Assembly: GCF_009914755.1 (NCBI RefSeq)
Contig: NC_060942.1
Source of the DNA: the human T2T-CHM13v2.0 reference genome, Homo sapiens
Length of the DNA: 64,000 nucleotides
Reading direction: 5' to 3' (one strand)
A program made the translations under genes and the position numbers. This document shows positions 1 to 12,170 of this stretch, in pieces; positions within the stretch are counted from its first letter, which is position 1; each line of letters starts with the position of its first letter. Below the pieces are notes generated by a model. The model had not been told where the DNA came from. It saw only the letters and a program-made list of their open reading frames with translations, and did no database searches.

Positions 1-984
1 AAGACCCCAGCTGTCCCCCGGGAGCCAGGCCACACCAAGGCAGCCAAGGGGACTACGTTGGGAGGAGGATGTGGTCCGGGCCATTAAGAGCTGTGATGAG
101 CCCCCAGGTCTGCCCTGGGTGAGGGGCTCTGCCTGCCCTGGGGCTGCATAGACCCGGCTGGGGCTTTAGAACAGGAACCGTTCGAGGGGCTGCGGTGGGT
201 GAAGCCCACTCATGTCCTGGCTCCTGTTACCGGGTAGGGATGGCAGCCCATTTTCCAGGCTTGGGGGTTCTTTAAGAGGCCAGGATTGTGCCGAATGCTC
301 TTTGGCTGACGATGGCCGTGGCGGGGGCTTTGGGAGGGGAGGTCCTGGAGGAGAGGCTTGCCCAGCTCACTGCCTGCGTCTGTGGCCAGAATTGGCACCT
401 GCATGGGGCCTGGAAACGTCGTGCTCACCTGGGGCGGAAGCCCCCCTCCAGGACTCAGCTCCCAACGTCACTGCTACCGAGGCAGAGACTCTGCAGCGGC
501 ATCAGAGAGAAGCTGGGCCCCAGAACAGCACCAGGCATGGGACGGGCCCTCCGTGCCTTCCACGGAGGATGCAAGCGTGAGGCCTGGGTCTGCGGGGACG
601 GTTTACCTGTCAGCTCTGCACGCCGCTGACCACTGCGCGCCGCCTCCACAGACAGTCCCCATGGACGCTGGGGCTGCCGTGGACGATGGGGCAGCCATCA
701 TGGACAACGGGACTGCCATGGACACCGCAGCCAGCCTGCTCTGTGGGAATATGCTTTGTAAAGCCAGCCGGCCCTGAGGCCAGCACTCGCCTTCCACACT
801 CTGCTCTTTGTAACGAGTTTCATAAACTCACCCTCAGGTGATTGGTGTTTCTGTTGCACCGTTGCTTAGCCTGAAAATGAGCTGCCCTTTTTCTGAGCCC
901 ATCCTTTCGCCACCTCTACCCCAGCCCCTCATGGCTGATATCAGGAGGTAGCCAGAGGCCGCCTGGTGCAGGGTGAGCCCGGAA

Positions 985-1069
985 CACGGGCAACAGCTTG
1001 AACTGGGCCTGTGCGGCCCCCTCCACGGGCGACAGCGTGAACTGGGCCTGTGCGGCCCCCCTCCACGGG
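985..1069. repeat. 39-40 bp tandem duplication (about 2 copies)
   Basis: CACGGGC(A/G)ACAGC(T/G)TGAACTGGGCCTGTGCGGCCCCC(C)TC occurs twice. Confidence 0.85.
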
Positions 1070-3438
1070 TGAGACTCCCAGGCGCTCTTGCAGACGCTCA
1101 CTCACTTTCTCACTGATAGGATGCGTCTTACGAGGCTCTGATTTACAGAGCAGGCATCCATCTTCTCTGAAACCCACACAAAAAGCACAGTTTAGGCCAA
1201 GCCCAGGTGCAGTATGTTCGTGTGTTTAAGCTTCTTAGATGCTGGGGTGTGGAAGCAGCCGTGTGGCTTTCCTTTGCTTGTGAAGGTGAGTTTGCACTTT
1301 CCAGCTTCTCTCTGTATTGGGAAGGCTGCAGCTCTCCAGGACATGACTTAGCAGAGAACATCCCGCTGCATCCTCATAGGCCAGCGGGTCAGGCGGGGCC
1401 ATTCTGAAACGTCCCCTGTGGGTGCCGGGTGCCTCGCGCATCCCTGCCGTCCACCGCCCTTTGTCCCTGGCTGTGCTTCGCGGCAGTGCCCCTTAGGGCA
1501 AGGACAGGGAGATGGGGCAGTCGCCTGGGGAAGGCCCGGTCCCGGTGGGAGGCAGCCTCAGAGCAGCTGGGATGGCACAAGACGCCGCTGCCAGGGCTGA
1601 GAAACCATCCGGCCAACCCCAGACTTGAGCCAGACTTCATGGGCAAGGCTGGGAGAAGCCGCGTGGAGACCCCAGCCCAGGGAGGGGCACTGTGGCAGGA
1701 ACAGGGCCCGCACCTGCAGGGTCAGCCCAGGCCACCTTCCAAGCACGGTGACCACGTCGCAGCTCATGCTGCCAGCTCCGGGCCAAGGGACCTGGACTGG
1801 CTCTCCAGACTCACAAGATGCCGTCGTGGGTGGGGCACGTGCGGTGATCCCAGGTTTCAAGTAGCTGCCCCCAGCTCCCTGCAAATAGCTCTGGGCGGAA
1901 GAGAAGCAGTGGGCAGGCACACGAGTTTATTCCTGAGAGGAGCGTGTTGCCACAGCCTCTGTGGACTGGAGCCCCAGGCTTCAGAAAGAGAGGGAGCGCC
2001 TGCCTGTGGGTGGGGGGACAGGAGCTGCCAACCTGGCGGGGTCCCAGCGAAGCGTCCACTGGGCCTTCTGCTTGCCCCTGGGGGTGGTGGATGCATCAGT
2101 GCTGGGCCTGCTCCGAACCCGCAGGGCAAGCAGCCCGTGCGTCCCGATGCCACTGCCGGCCGCCAGCATCCTGGGGAGGTGGGTCGCGTGTCCCAGAGCC
2201 CTGTGCCCCTCGCCACCACCATCCTAGGTCAGGACTTCCCCAGGAAGAATCCAAGTGGCTGGAGAGATGCGGGGGTTAATGCCGGTACCACCGCGGTTTT
2301 AAACGGGGCCGTGTCTGAGCCGTGTTCTTGACGTTCTCCAGCCAGCAGCAGCAGACGCCACCCGGTTGCCCCAGCCCCAGCGGCTCTCGGGCATAGCCGG
2401 CCTTGGCCCGTGGGGCGGCTGATTTACAGGACAGCTGTGCACGGGGCCTCTAGTGTCCGCCAGAGCTGGTGGGTGAGAGTTTTTAAAGCGCTCGGGACAC
2501 TTCACAGAAGAGGCGCACTGGCCCCCATGCCTGGCCATGTTTCTGGGCCCTGGCTGAAAATCCCGAGCAGCGGAGAGAGGATCCCAACAGGGTATTAATT
2601 TAACCTTCCAGCCATGTGCTTTTGCTTAAGATCTAAACTCTGAAAATTACCAGCCTAATTTAGAATGGAGGCTTGGCCATTCGGGACACCAGCATCTTCT
2701 GAGCGGGAGAGATGTGGGTGCCCACCGGCGTCTCACTCCCACATCTGGGCCTGTTTCCAGTGACCCCTGCACCTCTCAAAGGCGCAGGCCTGAGTTCACA
2801 GAGAGCACTTGGCCAAGCCCTGCCTCTGGGGCTCCCCATCGTCTGGCTTTGTCGTGGACTCATCATTTCTGGATTTACCACATGCTTCAAGCTGGAACAG
2901 CAGGAAGGGGCAGTTCCTGAGGCCCAGCTGCGTCCGCAGAGCTGGGGGCGCCATGGCCTAAGGCAAGACGCGTGCCCTGGATGAAAATGACTCCAGCTCT
3001 GTAGTCTCCAGACAGCGGTTAGAGCCCCACCCTCCACGGACACCGCCTCCTGCCACCCCTTCAAAAAAGTGTTGCAGCCCAGGGCCCAGATATTCAATTT
3101 TCTAATGTAAAACGAGGCGGGTAGGGTTTCCCAATCAACATGAGGGCGCCGTGTCCTCTGCAGCCCCCTGACTTGCACAGGCAGTCCTGGGGCTCTGCCC
3201 CATCTGTGAACCCTCAGCTGAAGAGGGCAGCCCCAGAGGCAGCCACATTCAGGTGGCTGAAGGCAGAGTCCTCCTCCCAGGAACCGCCTCGGCGCTGCCA
3301 AGGCCTGTGCACCTTCTTCAGCCCGAACTAAGGAGAATGTGCGGGACTGAGAGCCATAGACCCTCGTGAGCCAGGCTTGAGCGTTGTCTTCAGATGGGGC
3401 CCAGTGGGCCTCACTGTTGTGACGACTGAATGTGACGT

Positions 3439-5767
3439 CTGGGGTGTAATTCCAGCGTGACCTGGTCCTGGGGTGTCACTCCAGCGTGACCTGGTTCCTG
3501 AGGTGTAATTCCAGCGTGACCTGGTTCCTGGGGTATAATTCCAGCGCGACCTTGTTCCTGGGGTGTCATTCCAGCGTGACCTGGTCCTGGGGTGTCATTC
3601 CAGTGTGACGTGGTCCTGGGGTGTCACTCCAGCATGACCTGGTTCCTGGGGTGTCATTCCAGCGTGACCTGGTCCTGGGGTGTCATTCCAGTGTGACCTG
3701 GTTCCTGGGGTGTCATTCCAGCGTGAGCTGTTTCCTGGGGTGTCATTCCAGCATGACCTGGTTCCTGAGGTGTAATTCCAGCGTGACCTGGTCCTGGGGT
3801 GTCACTCCAGCATGACCTCGTTCCTGGGGTGTAATTCCAGCGTGACCTGGTCCTGGGGTGTAATTCCAGCATGACCTGGTTCCTGGGGTGTAATTCCAGC
3901 GTGACCTGCTCCTGAGGTGTCACTCCAGCGTGACCTCGTTCCTGGGGTGTAATTCCAGTGTGACCTGGTTCCTGGGGTGTAATTCCAGCGTGACCTGGTT
4001 CCTGGGGTGTCATTCCAGCGTGACCTGGTCCTGGGGTGTCATTCCAGTGTGACGTGGTCCTGGGGTGTCACTCCAGCATGACCTGGTTCCTGGGGTGTCA
4101 TTCCAGCGTGACCTGGTCCTGGGGTGTCATTCCAGCGTGACCTGGTTCCTGGGGTGTCATTCCAGCATGAGCTGTTTCCTGGGGTGTCATTCCAGCGTGA
4201 CCTGGTCCTGGGGTGTCACTCCAGCGTGACCTGGTTCCTGAGGTGTAATTCCAGCGTGACCTGGTCCTGGGGTGTCATTCCAGCATGACCTGGTTCCTGG
4301 GGTGTAATTCCAGCGTGACCTCGTTCCTGGGGTGTAATTCCAGCGTGACCTGGTCCTGGGGTGTAATTCCAGCATGACCTGGTTCCTGGGGTGTAATTCC
4401 AGCGTGACCTGCTCCTGAGGTGTCACTCCAGCGTGACCTCGTTCCTGGGGTGTAATTCCAGCGTGACCTGGTCCTGGGGTGTCACTTCAGCGTGACCTGG
4501 TCCGGGGGTGTAATTCCAGCGTGACCTGGTCCTGGGGTGTAATTCCAGCGTGACCTGGTTCCTGGGGTCTCATTCCAGCGTGACCTGGTCCTGGGGTGTC
4601 ACTCCAGCGTGACCTCGTTCCTGGGGTGTAATTCCAGCGTGACCTGGTTCCTGGGGTGTAATTCTAGCGTGACCTGGTCCTGGGGTGTCACTCCAGTGTG
4701 ACCTGGTTCCTGGGTAATTCCAGCGTGACCTGGTCCTGGGGTGTCACTCCAGCGTGACCTGGTACTGGGGTGTAATTCCAGCGTGACCTGGTTCCTGGGG
4801 TGTAATTCCAGCGTGACCTGGTTCCTGGGGTGTAATTCCAGCGTGACCTGGTTCCTGGGGTGTAATTCCAGCGTGACCTGGTTCCTGGGGTGTAATTCCA
4901 GCGTGACCTGGTCCTGGGGTGTCACTCCAGCGTGACCTGGTCCTGGGGCGTCACTCCAGCGTGACCTGGTCCTGGGGTGTCATTCCGGCGTGACCTGGTT
5001 CCTGGGGTGTCATTCCGGCATGACCTGGTTCCTGGGGTGTCATTCCGGCGTGACCTGGTTCCTGGGGTGTCATTCCGGCATGACCTGGTTCGTGGGGTGT
5101 CATTCCGGCGTGACCTGGTCCTGGGGTGTAAGTCCAGCGTGACCTGGTTCCTGGGGTGTCACTCCGGCGTGACCTGGTTCCTGGGGTGTCACTCCGGCGT
5201 GACCTGGTCCTGGGGTGTCACTCCGGCGTGACCTGGTCCTGGGGTGTCACTCCGGCGTGACCTGGTTCCTGGGGCGTCACTCCGGCGTGACCTCGTTCCT
5301 GGGGCGTCACTCTGGCGTGACCTGGTCCTGGGGTGTAATTCCAGCGTGACCTTGTCCTGGGGTGTCACTCCAGCGTGACCTTGTTCCTGGGGTGTAATTC
5401 CAGCGTGACCTGGTCCTGGGGTGTCACTCCAGCGTGACCTCGTTCCTGAGGTGTCACTCCAGTGTGACCTCGTTCCTGAGGTGTCACTCCAGCGTGACCT
5501 GGTCCTGGGGTGTCATTCCAGCGTGACGTGGTTCCTGGGGTGTCACTCCAGCGTGACGTGGTTCCTGGGGTGTCACTCCAGCGTGACCTGGTTCCTGGGG
5601 TGTCACTCCAGCGTGACCTGGTTCCTGGGGTGTCACTCCAGGGTGACCTGGTCCTGAGGTGTCACTCCAGCGTGACCTGGTCCTGGGGTGTCACTCCAAC
5701 GTGACCTGGTTCCTGGGGTGTCATTCCAGGGTGACCTGGTCCTGGGGTGTCATTCCAGTGTGACCTC
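3439..5767. repeat. Minisatellite, 29/30-bp unit, roughly 80 copies
   Basis: Unit CCAGCGTGACCTGGT(T)CCTGGGGTGT(C/A)A(C/T)T repeated continuously over about 2.3 kb. Confidence 0.97.
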
Positions 5768-6135
5768 GGCGGCACTTGCAGGGTGGGGTGGCTGACGAGG
5801 CGGGGGGAGCACACCCGTTCTCCCTCCCCTGCCCTGGGCACCACTGCAGAGGCAGCCCCTGGCCTCATCCTCCAAGCTTCACAGCTTGGGCTGCACTCCC
5901 CGAGTTCACTGTGGCTGGACTTGCCCCAGGCCAAAGGCTGGGAATGCCTGGGCTGCAGAGCCCCAGGAAGGCCTGGCACGACCCTCAGCAGAGTGTGGCT
6001 TTATGGGCCCTGGTCAGTGAGCTGCAGGCTGCGTCCTGGGAAGGCCTTGGAATCACAATGGCCCCGTGATTTTCTTCCTGCCTCCTGGACGTCCCCACCT
6101 CCTGGTCACCCACCCCCTCTAAAACCTTAGCCTCC

Positions 6136-6264
6136 CTACTCTGTGTAGGGCGGACGCTTTAAACCTCGATGTTTCTACTCAGTGTGCAGGGCGGACGCTT
6201 TAAACCTCGATCTCCCCACTCAGTGTGCAGGGCGGACGCTTTAAACCTCGATCTTTCTACTCAG
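6136..6264. repeat. About 41-bp tandem repeat, 3 copies
   Basis: AGGGCGGACGCTTTAAACCTCGAT core occurs three times. Confidence 0.9.
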
Positions 6265-7928
6265 AGGGTGGATGATAGAAAGATTTGAATGAGTGAATGA
6301 AAGTAGAGACTTGAAAAGTCAGCACAAAAGCAACAAAATGCAGCAACTCCACTCGGAATCCCTGGGTGGAAAGCTCTGGTTGACTTCCTGCGGACTCAGG
6401 CTGGTGAGATCCTACAGCTGGGAACGGCCCATATGGGTCAGTCCCTGTGATGCCTCCAGTGTGGCGGGAAGGTGGCTTGGCCACCATGGATGACTCGCGC
6501 CTGCCTTCACGACCGCCGGGACCTGTGCGGGGGGGGAAGAGGGCGGCTGCAGGGGAGGCCGCACGTGGCACAGGTGCTCCGGCGTCTCGAGCTGCAGGAA
6601 AACGCCGTCTCCATCGTTCGCAGCTGCTGGTGGACTCCTCGGCACCCAGCCGTGGCGGGGAACAGCTGCATGGACTCACGGGCTCAAGCCCGGGGCTAAA
6701 TATTTTCTCTCGAATTGTGGAAATGCTTTTGTTTACTGCAGGAGGCTGCCAGGCTCTCTGTGGTGGCGACTGTTTGCACCGGGAGCCTGTGTACTGGCTT
6801 TGGGGGCCACACATAGGCCCCCAGGTGGTGACAGGAGGGGAGTTTCCCTCCCTGTGGCCGACCCTGCTGCCAAAAACCCACCAGTGTGCAGCCCACGGGG
6901 AGGAGAAAACAGGCTGAGGAGACTCACTCACAGCTTGCTGTCTGCGTAGCATTCGCTCAGAGTGGCACCACGCGTCTGTTAGGAATGTATGTGCGCCATT
7001 GTGAGAGCTTTAGAGCCACTGAGCCGTCTGATGTCTCCTCTAAGTAGCACGAGAGGCCTGAGACCAACAGGAAAACAGCAACCGCAGGAATGCCGGCTGG
7101 GATCCGCCTCGCCGCTCCTGCTGACTGCACACCCTGCCTGTTTGCTTCCCAACACCCCCACAGAAGCCGGCACAAAGGCTGGGGTGGGCGTGGGCTGGGA
7201 GCCGGTGTCGGCTCTGGCCCGGGCCTGGCGGAGCAGCCTTGGGGACCCAGCACCCGCCCTGTGGGCTCTTCCCCAAAGCCCCGGACTTTTAGGGAGGGCT
7301 GGGTGGGAGAAAGCTCTAGAAACTCGGGAGCCCCCTGTTCCATCCAAGGCTGCCCGGTCACAGCCTCCACACAGCCTGTCCCTTTAGAAGGGGACTCAGG
7401 AGCACCGTGGAGGCAGTCCAGCCTCCATGACAGTGTTTTTCTTTCGCAGTGACGGACGGCTTCTCTCCTGGAGCAGTCGTTCACCTTTGCAGTTGGATTT
7501 TTACTGACTCCTGAAAGCCGTCTTGTTCTGTGTTCGAGTTTACCAAATGTGCAGACATTTATCAAACCGAGTGTCGGGAGCAGAAATGCAGTCGTGCATC
7601 CACGTTGAAACTTTCGCTTTGATTCCTGCAAACCCACAGGCCCCTGGGTCCAGGACTCCCACTGCAGTTTGCAAGTGGACTTTTATAGCACGTTAGTGCT
7701 GCAGGAGGTTCCAAGGAAAACAGTCCTCGCCAGTATTAGAACCAGCTGCTACTCTCTCGGCCGATGACTCACGCCTTTTTTTTTTAATGGGGTGGGAGAA
7801 CCAGGCAGGAGACAGAGGGACCCAGTCAGGGCCCTGTTGGTTTTGCGGAGGGTGCCCCAGCCACAAGCCTGCCTGATCACACTCATTCGCAACTTGTGTT
7901 TATTTAATTTTTTTTTTCCTTCTCACAG

Positions 7929-8311
7929 TTCCAATTATAAAAACAGAACCCACTGATGATTATGAGCCTGCTCCAACCTGTGGACCGGTGAGCCAGGGGT
8001 TAAGTCCTCTCCCAAGACCATACTACAGCCAGCAGCTCGCGATGCCACCCGACCCCAGCTCCTGCCTCGTGGCCGGCTTCCCGCCCTGTCCGCAGAGAAG
8101 CACCCTGATGCCAGCGGCCCCTGGCGTGAGCCCCAAGCTCCACGACCTTTCTCCCGCTGCCTACACCAAGGGCGTTGCCAGCCCGGGCCACTGTCACCTC
8201 GGACTCCCGCAGCCGGCCGGAGAGGCCCCCGCCGTCCAGGACGTGCCCAGGCCAGTGGCCACGCACCCCGGCTCGCCCGGGCAGCCACCCCCGGCCCTGC
8301 TGCCACAGCAG
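7929..8311 (+). CDS. NFATC1: NFATC1 penultimate exon, short form (isoform B) via internal 5' splice site
   Basis: Perfect consensus donor CAG|GTGAGT at 8311/8312 in phase 0. Joining it to 49148 gives CAG-TAA, ending the protein at ...PALLPQQ, as recalled for NFATc1/B. Confidence 0.88.
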
Positions 8312-8618
8312 GTGAGTGCGCCTCCAAGCAGTAGCTGCCCCCCTGGTCTCGAACACTCGCTCTGCCCCAGCAGCCCCTCTCCTCCACTCCCGCCTGCCAC
8401 CCAAGAGCCGACCTGCCTGCAGCCCTGCAGCCCAGCGTGCCCGCCCGCCACGGGCCGCCCGCAGCACCTGCCGTCCACGGTCCGCAGGGACGAGTCTCCG
8501 ACTGCCGGGCCACGGCTGCTGCCAGAGGTGCATGAGGACGGTAGTCCTAATTTGGCCCCTATTCCTGTAACGGTCAAGCGAGAGCCTGAAGAGTTGGACC
8601 AGTTGTACCTGGATGACG
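7929..8618 (+). CDS. NFATC1: NFATC1 penultimate coding exon (long form, isoform C), phase 1 at both ends
   Basis: A long T-tract and TCTCACAG acceptor (AG 7927-7928) precede it. Translation is (V)PIIKTEPTDDYEPAPTCGPVSQGLSPLPRPYYSQQ...PVTVKREPEELDQLYLDD, which I recognise as the NFATc1 C-terminal region. Donor G|GTGAGT at 8618/8619. Overlaps ORF 7988..8899. Confidence 0.97.
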
Positions 8619-9410
8619 GTGAGTGCCCGCAGCCATGCAGGTGTGTGCCCCGCCTGGCGCCATGGCGTGAGCTCATGGAGGGGCCGTGTGCGTGCTGCGT
8701 GTGTGGCACGTGTGGAAGTGCACCGAGGCACCGGGCAGGGTGTGGGGTGCGTCCTCCTGATATAAAGTGCCCGTGCGGTGCCACGGCGTCAGCGCCACCT
8801 GGGGCGCTCGCCGTGAGATCTGCTCCGGTGGTCGCAGTGTGGGGCCCTTGGCGGGTCCTGGGCTGCAGATCCTCCTGCGAGACCTGTCCCGGGGTCTAAG
8901 GCTCACATTGGTGTCCAGGTTTGCTTCTGCAGCTGAATATGGAGCCGCACGGCTCAGGCTCAAAGCCCTGACTTGGAGAGGGACCGGCCTCTGCAGTCGG
9001 GGCATCGTGGGTGCCGCCTGAGTCCCGTGAATGGTTTGTAGACAACAGCTTAGCCGAGGTGACGAGCACGTTACCCCGTGCGGCTCTGTAAACACATCTA
9101 AATGCAGTGGCGGCCTTGCCAGGAGCTCGCAGGGTGGCCGTGACACCGGGGGCCCTAGACTGTGCCTTCAGGCCCCAGGTGCAGGGTCTTCCCCATCTAG
9201 CCCCTGGGCTCGCACAGCGCGGAGATGCACCCAACACCGCACACCTGGGGTTGTTAGGGAAGGAAGTGGCCTCACGTCTGTAGCCAGGCGGGTGGTGTGG
9301 GGCGTCTGAGCACTCAGGCCTTTCTGTGACGAGTGGTGACCGAAGGCGCCGTGGCGTTCTTCTCGACTGTTTACACTTTAAGGCGCAGCCCGACTTGCTT
9401 GCAGTCGCGC

Positions 9411-9566
9411 TGTGATCGGGGCGTGCCCGTGGCCCTGGTGACCACGCGTTAGAGGGTGATTCCGCTCGTGTTTTCTGGCCCTGCGGTTTGTGTGCGCGTT
9501 GTGATCGGGGCGTGCCCGCGGCCCTGGTGACCACGCGTTAGAGGGCGATTCCGCTCGTGTTTTCTG
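9411..9566. repeat. 89-bp-period local duplication
   Basis: TGTGATCGGGGCGTGCCCG.GGCCCTGGTGACCACGCGTTAGAGGG.GATTCCGCTCGTGTTTTCTG at 9411 and 9500. Confidence 0.9.
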
Positions 9567-9915
9567 CTCGAATGGTTTGTGTGGGAATTGGCTTCATTTC
9601 CTCGGAGGCACAGTGAGTCCTCCCAAGTGTATGACGTTTCCCAGGCCCGGGTTCCAGCAGACACACCTGGAGCCACTGCCCACTCCCTGCTCAGTGGCCT
9701 GGGGTCCAGGCGAGCCTCGGCCTTCTGGGGAGGGGGCGGCATTAGCCCCTCCTGACCCAGGGGGGGCAGGGACTCCCGGGCGTCAGGAGCTCAGTTTCCC
9801 ATCTGCTGGGAAGGGAGTGAGGCCAAACGCCTTCCTGCTGTTTCCTGACTGAAGGCTACAAGCTTTTTAAGGAGGATGCATGCAAATATTTTAGCCCCCA
9901 AAATATTAAGCTCTT

Positions 9916-9978
9916 GAGCCCACAGCCCTGGTGTGTGTGTGTTTGCGGTAGTGTGTCCCATGGAGCCCGCAGCCCTGG

Positions 9979-10017
<39 letters not shown>

Positions 10018-10052
10018 CTTGAGGTAGTGTGTCCCATGAAGCCCGCAGCCCT
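9916..10052. repeat. (TG)18 microsatellite (9980-10015) embedded in a small tandem repeat
   Basis: AGCCC(A/G)CAGCCCT units with GGTAGTGTGTCCCATG; the TG run has expanded in the second unit. Confidence 0.9.
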
Positions 10053-11920
10053 CATCGTCTGTTTTTGCAGGAGTGTGTCCCGTCAGCCCAGGAGGCTGCT
10101 GCCTCCCCAGGGCTGTCCCTCAGAGCCACACACTGGAGGCCCGTGGCTGCCCCCTGGCCACTCTCTGGAGGTTCATGATGACTGTGGGGCGGGGCCAGGA
10201 CAGTGTTCCGTGTCCTGTGCAGATGTCGTCCTGAAGTTCTTACTGTCTGACCTGCCTGCTGTCCTCCTTGTCCACCCGCGAGGCCAGCCGGAGCTCCGCA
10301 TGGGGCCCATGTCCCTGCTCTGCAGCCTCCTGAGCACAGATGGACTCTGCCTTCCTCCCCAGCCCCTGCGCGAGGTGGACGCTGACATCCATGCCTCCAG
10401 TCCCTCACCCCTGCTTTGTCTCACGCGGTACCAGGTGGTCCCAAGGCGGCTGGGAGATGCTGAGAAATTCTCTTTCCACCTGCCATGCCTTGTCCCAGTT
10501 GTGACCCACCAGCTCTGGGCTCCCACAATTGGGTAGTGCCCTGCAGGCCCAGGTGGGAAGCAGGTCCCGGTCATGTTTCTGCTGCCCTGTGGCCCACGTG
10601 TGGCTTTATGGCGAGGGTAGAGTTCGGGGTGGGACTTGGGGTGGGTGAGCAGCGGCAGTGCTGGGGGCTGGGACGTGTTCTGCGTCAACACAGCAGGCAG
10701 GGGACTGTTGACCCGCACGGTGCTCAGGTGAGATCATCCCTTTACCCAGCCCGTTACTGCCAAAGCCTCACCAGGTGGCCCGGGCCCCTCTGGCCTTGGT
10801 CCTAGAGGTCAAAGCTAAGTGAGCCAGGCCTTGCCTTGGGGCCTGGTGGGCCACAGAGGGTGGGCTGTTGTGTCGCTGAGTGCACAGGCTAGGGATGTTG
10901 GAGCTGCATGGGTGTGGGTGTGACCCCGCCCTGGCCTGCCTGACTGTGCGTGGACATGGAGGGGATGGGTCTTGGGGAGGGGAGTGCACAGACGACTCCC
11001 TGACACATGGAAGGGCTGAGGCCAGAGTGCATCTGCCATGGGGCTGGGCCTGGCCTGCAGCTCCTCTGAGGATGCCCAATGCCACGTTCCCATTGGGGCC
11101 TCTCCTGACAGCCAGTGGGACCCTGGAGCCCAGGATTCGCCAGCTGTAAAGCAGTCGCTCACACCCCTTTTAAGAAAGTTTGTTTCCCGGCGTGCTGCCG
11201 TCGGGACACTTGAGGACAACCTCTCCCCGCAGAGTGAGCTCAGTTCCCAGCGGGCCTCTCTCCCCATTTTCCTCACTCAGTTGCCGTGGTGATCCTCCCC
11301 AAACTCGGATCGAATGGGTCACGTCCTGTTCAAAAGACCCAGGGGTTTCTGTGTTGTCAGAGCAGACCACACCCCAGCCCACCAACCACAGTCATCTCGT
11401 CCACGTACGCTTCGTCAGGCCCAGGGCCGGTCCTGGGACCTTGAGCACAGACCCCGAGCGCCAGCCCTGCACACTGTTCTGGTCACAGTTTATGGGTCCT
11501 GTGTGCTTCTGCCTCCATAACCTGGGAGCAGCCACACACAAGCTTTCGGGGTTAGCGTACGGCGCTAGGCGGTGCCGCTTCGGGGGTCGGGGTTGGGATG
11601 GAGGTTGAGATACCTGTGCAGACACCTCCCTATGACATGGCAAGTGTGTGCAGGTAATGTGGTGATGTCCGTTTCATCTCCACCTGTGAGGTCCCTCGAT
11701 GCTCAGCCAGGACCACAGCAGTTAGGGCTTCAGGCAGCTGGAAGCAGTGTCAGCTGTGGCCTGATCTCCCCCCCGCCCCCGCCCCCCCGTGGGCAGACAG
11801 CCCCTCTCGGTCCTTCACAGGCAGGCAGGCGGGGCGCATGGCAGAGGAAGTTCTGCTCGTGGTGTGTGTGAAGGGGAGGGGAGAGTCCTGGGGGCTGAGG
11901 TGGTGCAGGTGGGGTAGTGT

Positions 11921-12170
11921 CTGGTGCAGGCCCGGCTCTGGGTTAGGGTGGGGTGGTCCCTGGTGCAGGCCCCGCTCTGGGTTAGGACAGGGTGGTCCCT
12001 GGTGCAGGCTCAGGCTCTCGGTCATGGTGGGGTGGTCTCTGGTGCAGGCCCAGGCTCTGGGTCAGGATGGGGGTGTTCCCTGGTGCAGGCCCGGCTCTGG
12101 GTTAGGGCAGGGTGGTCCCTGGTGCAGGCTCAGGCTCTCAGTCATGGTGGGGTAGTCCCTGATACAGGCC
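11921..12170. repeat. 39-bp G-rich minisatellite, about 6 copies
   Basis: CTGGTGCAGGCCCGGCTCTGGGTTAGGGTGGGGTGGTCC and variants. Confidence 0.9.

Noticed and set aside
1429-2331. 300-aa ORF and many other 60-250 aa ORFs across the window
   Set aside because: No recognisable domain, often non-ATG starts, overlap in several frames and no exon signals. Expected by chance in GC-rich DNA.
3439-5767. CRISPR-like 29-30 bp repeat array
   Set aside because: Units are contiguous with no unique spacers, there are no cas genes, and the context is mammalian.
8619-8899. Continuation of ORF 7988..8899 past LYLDD
   Set aside because: A donor lies at 8618/8619 and the family motif is completed at 49148, so this is intron read-through.
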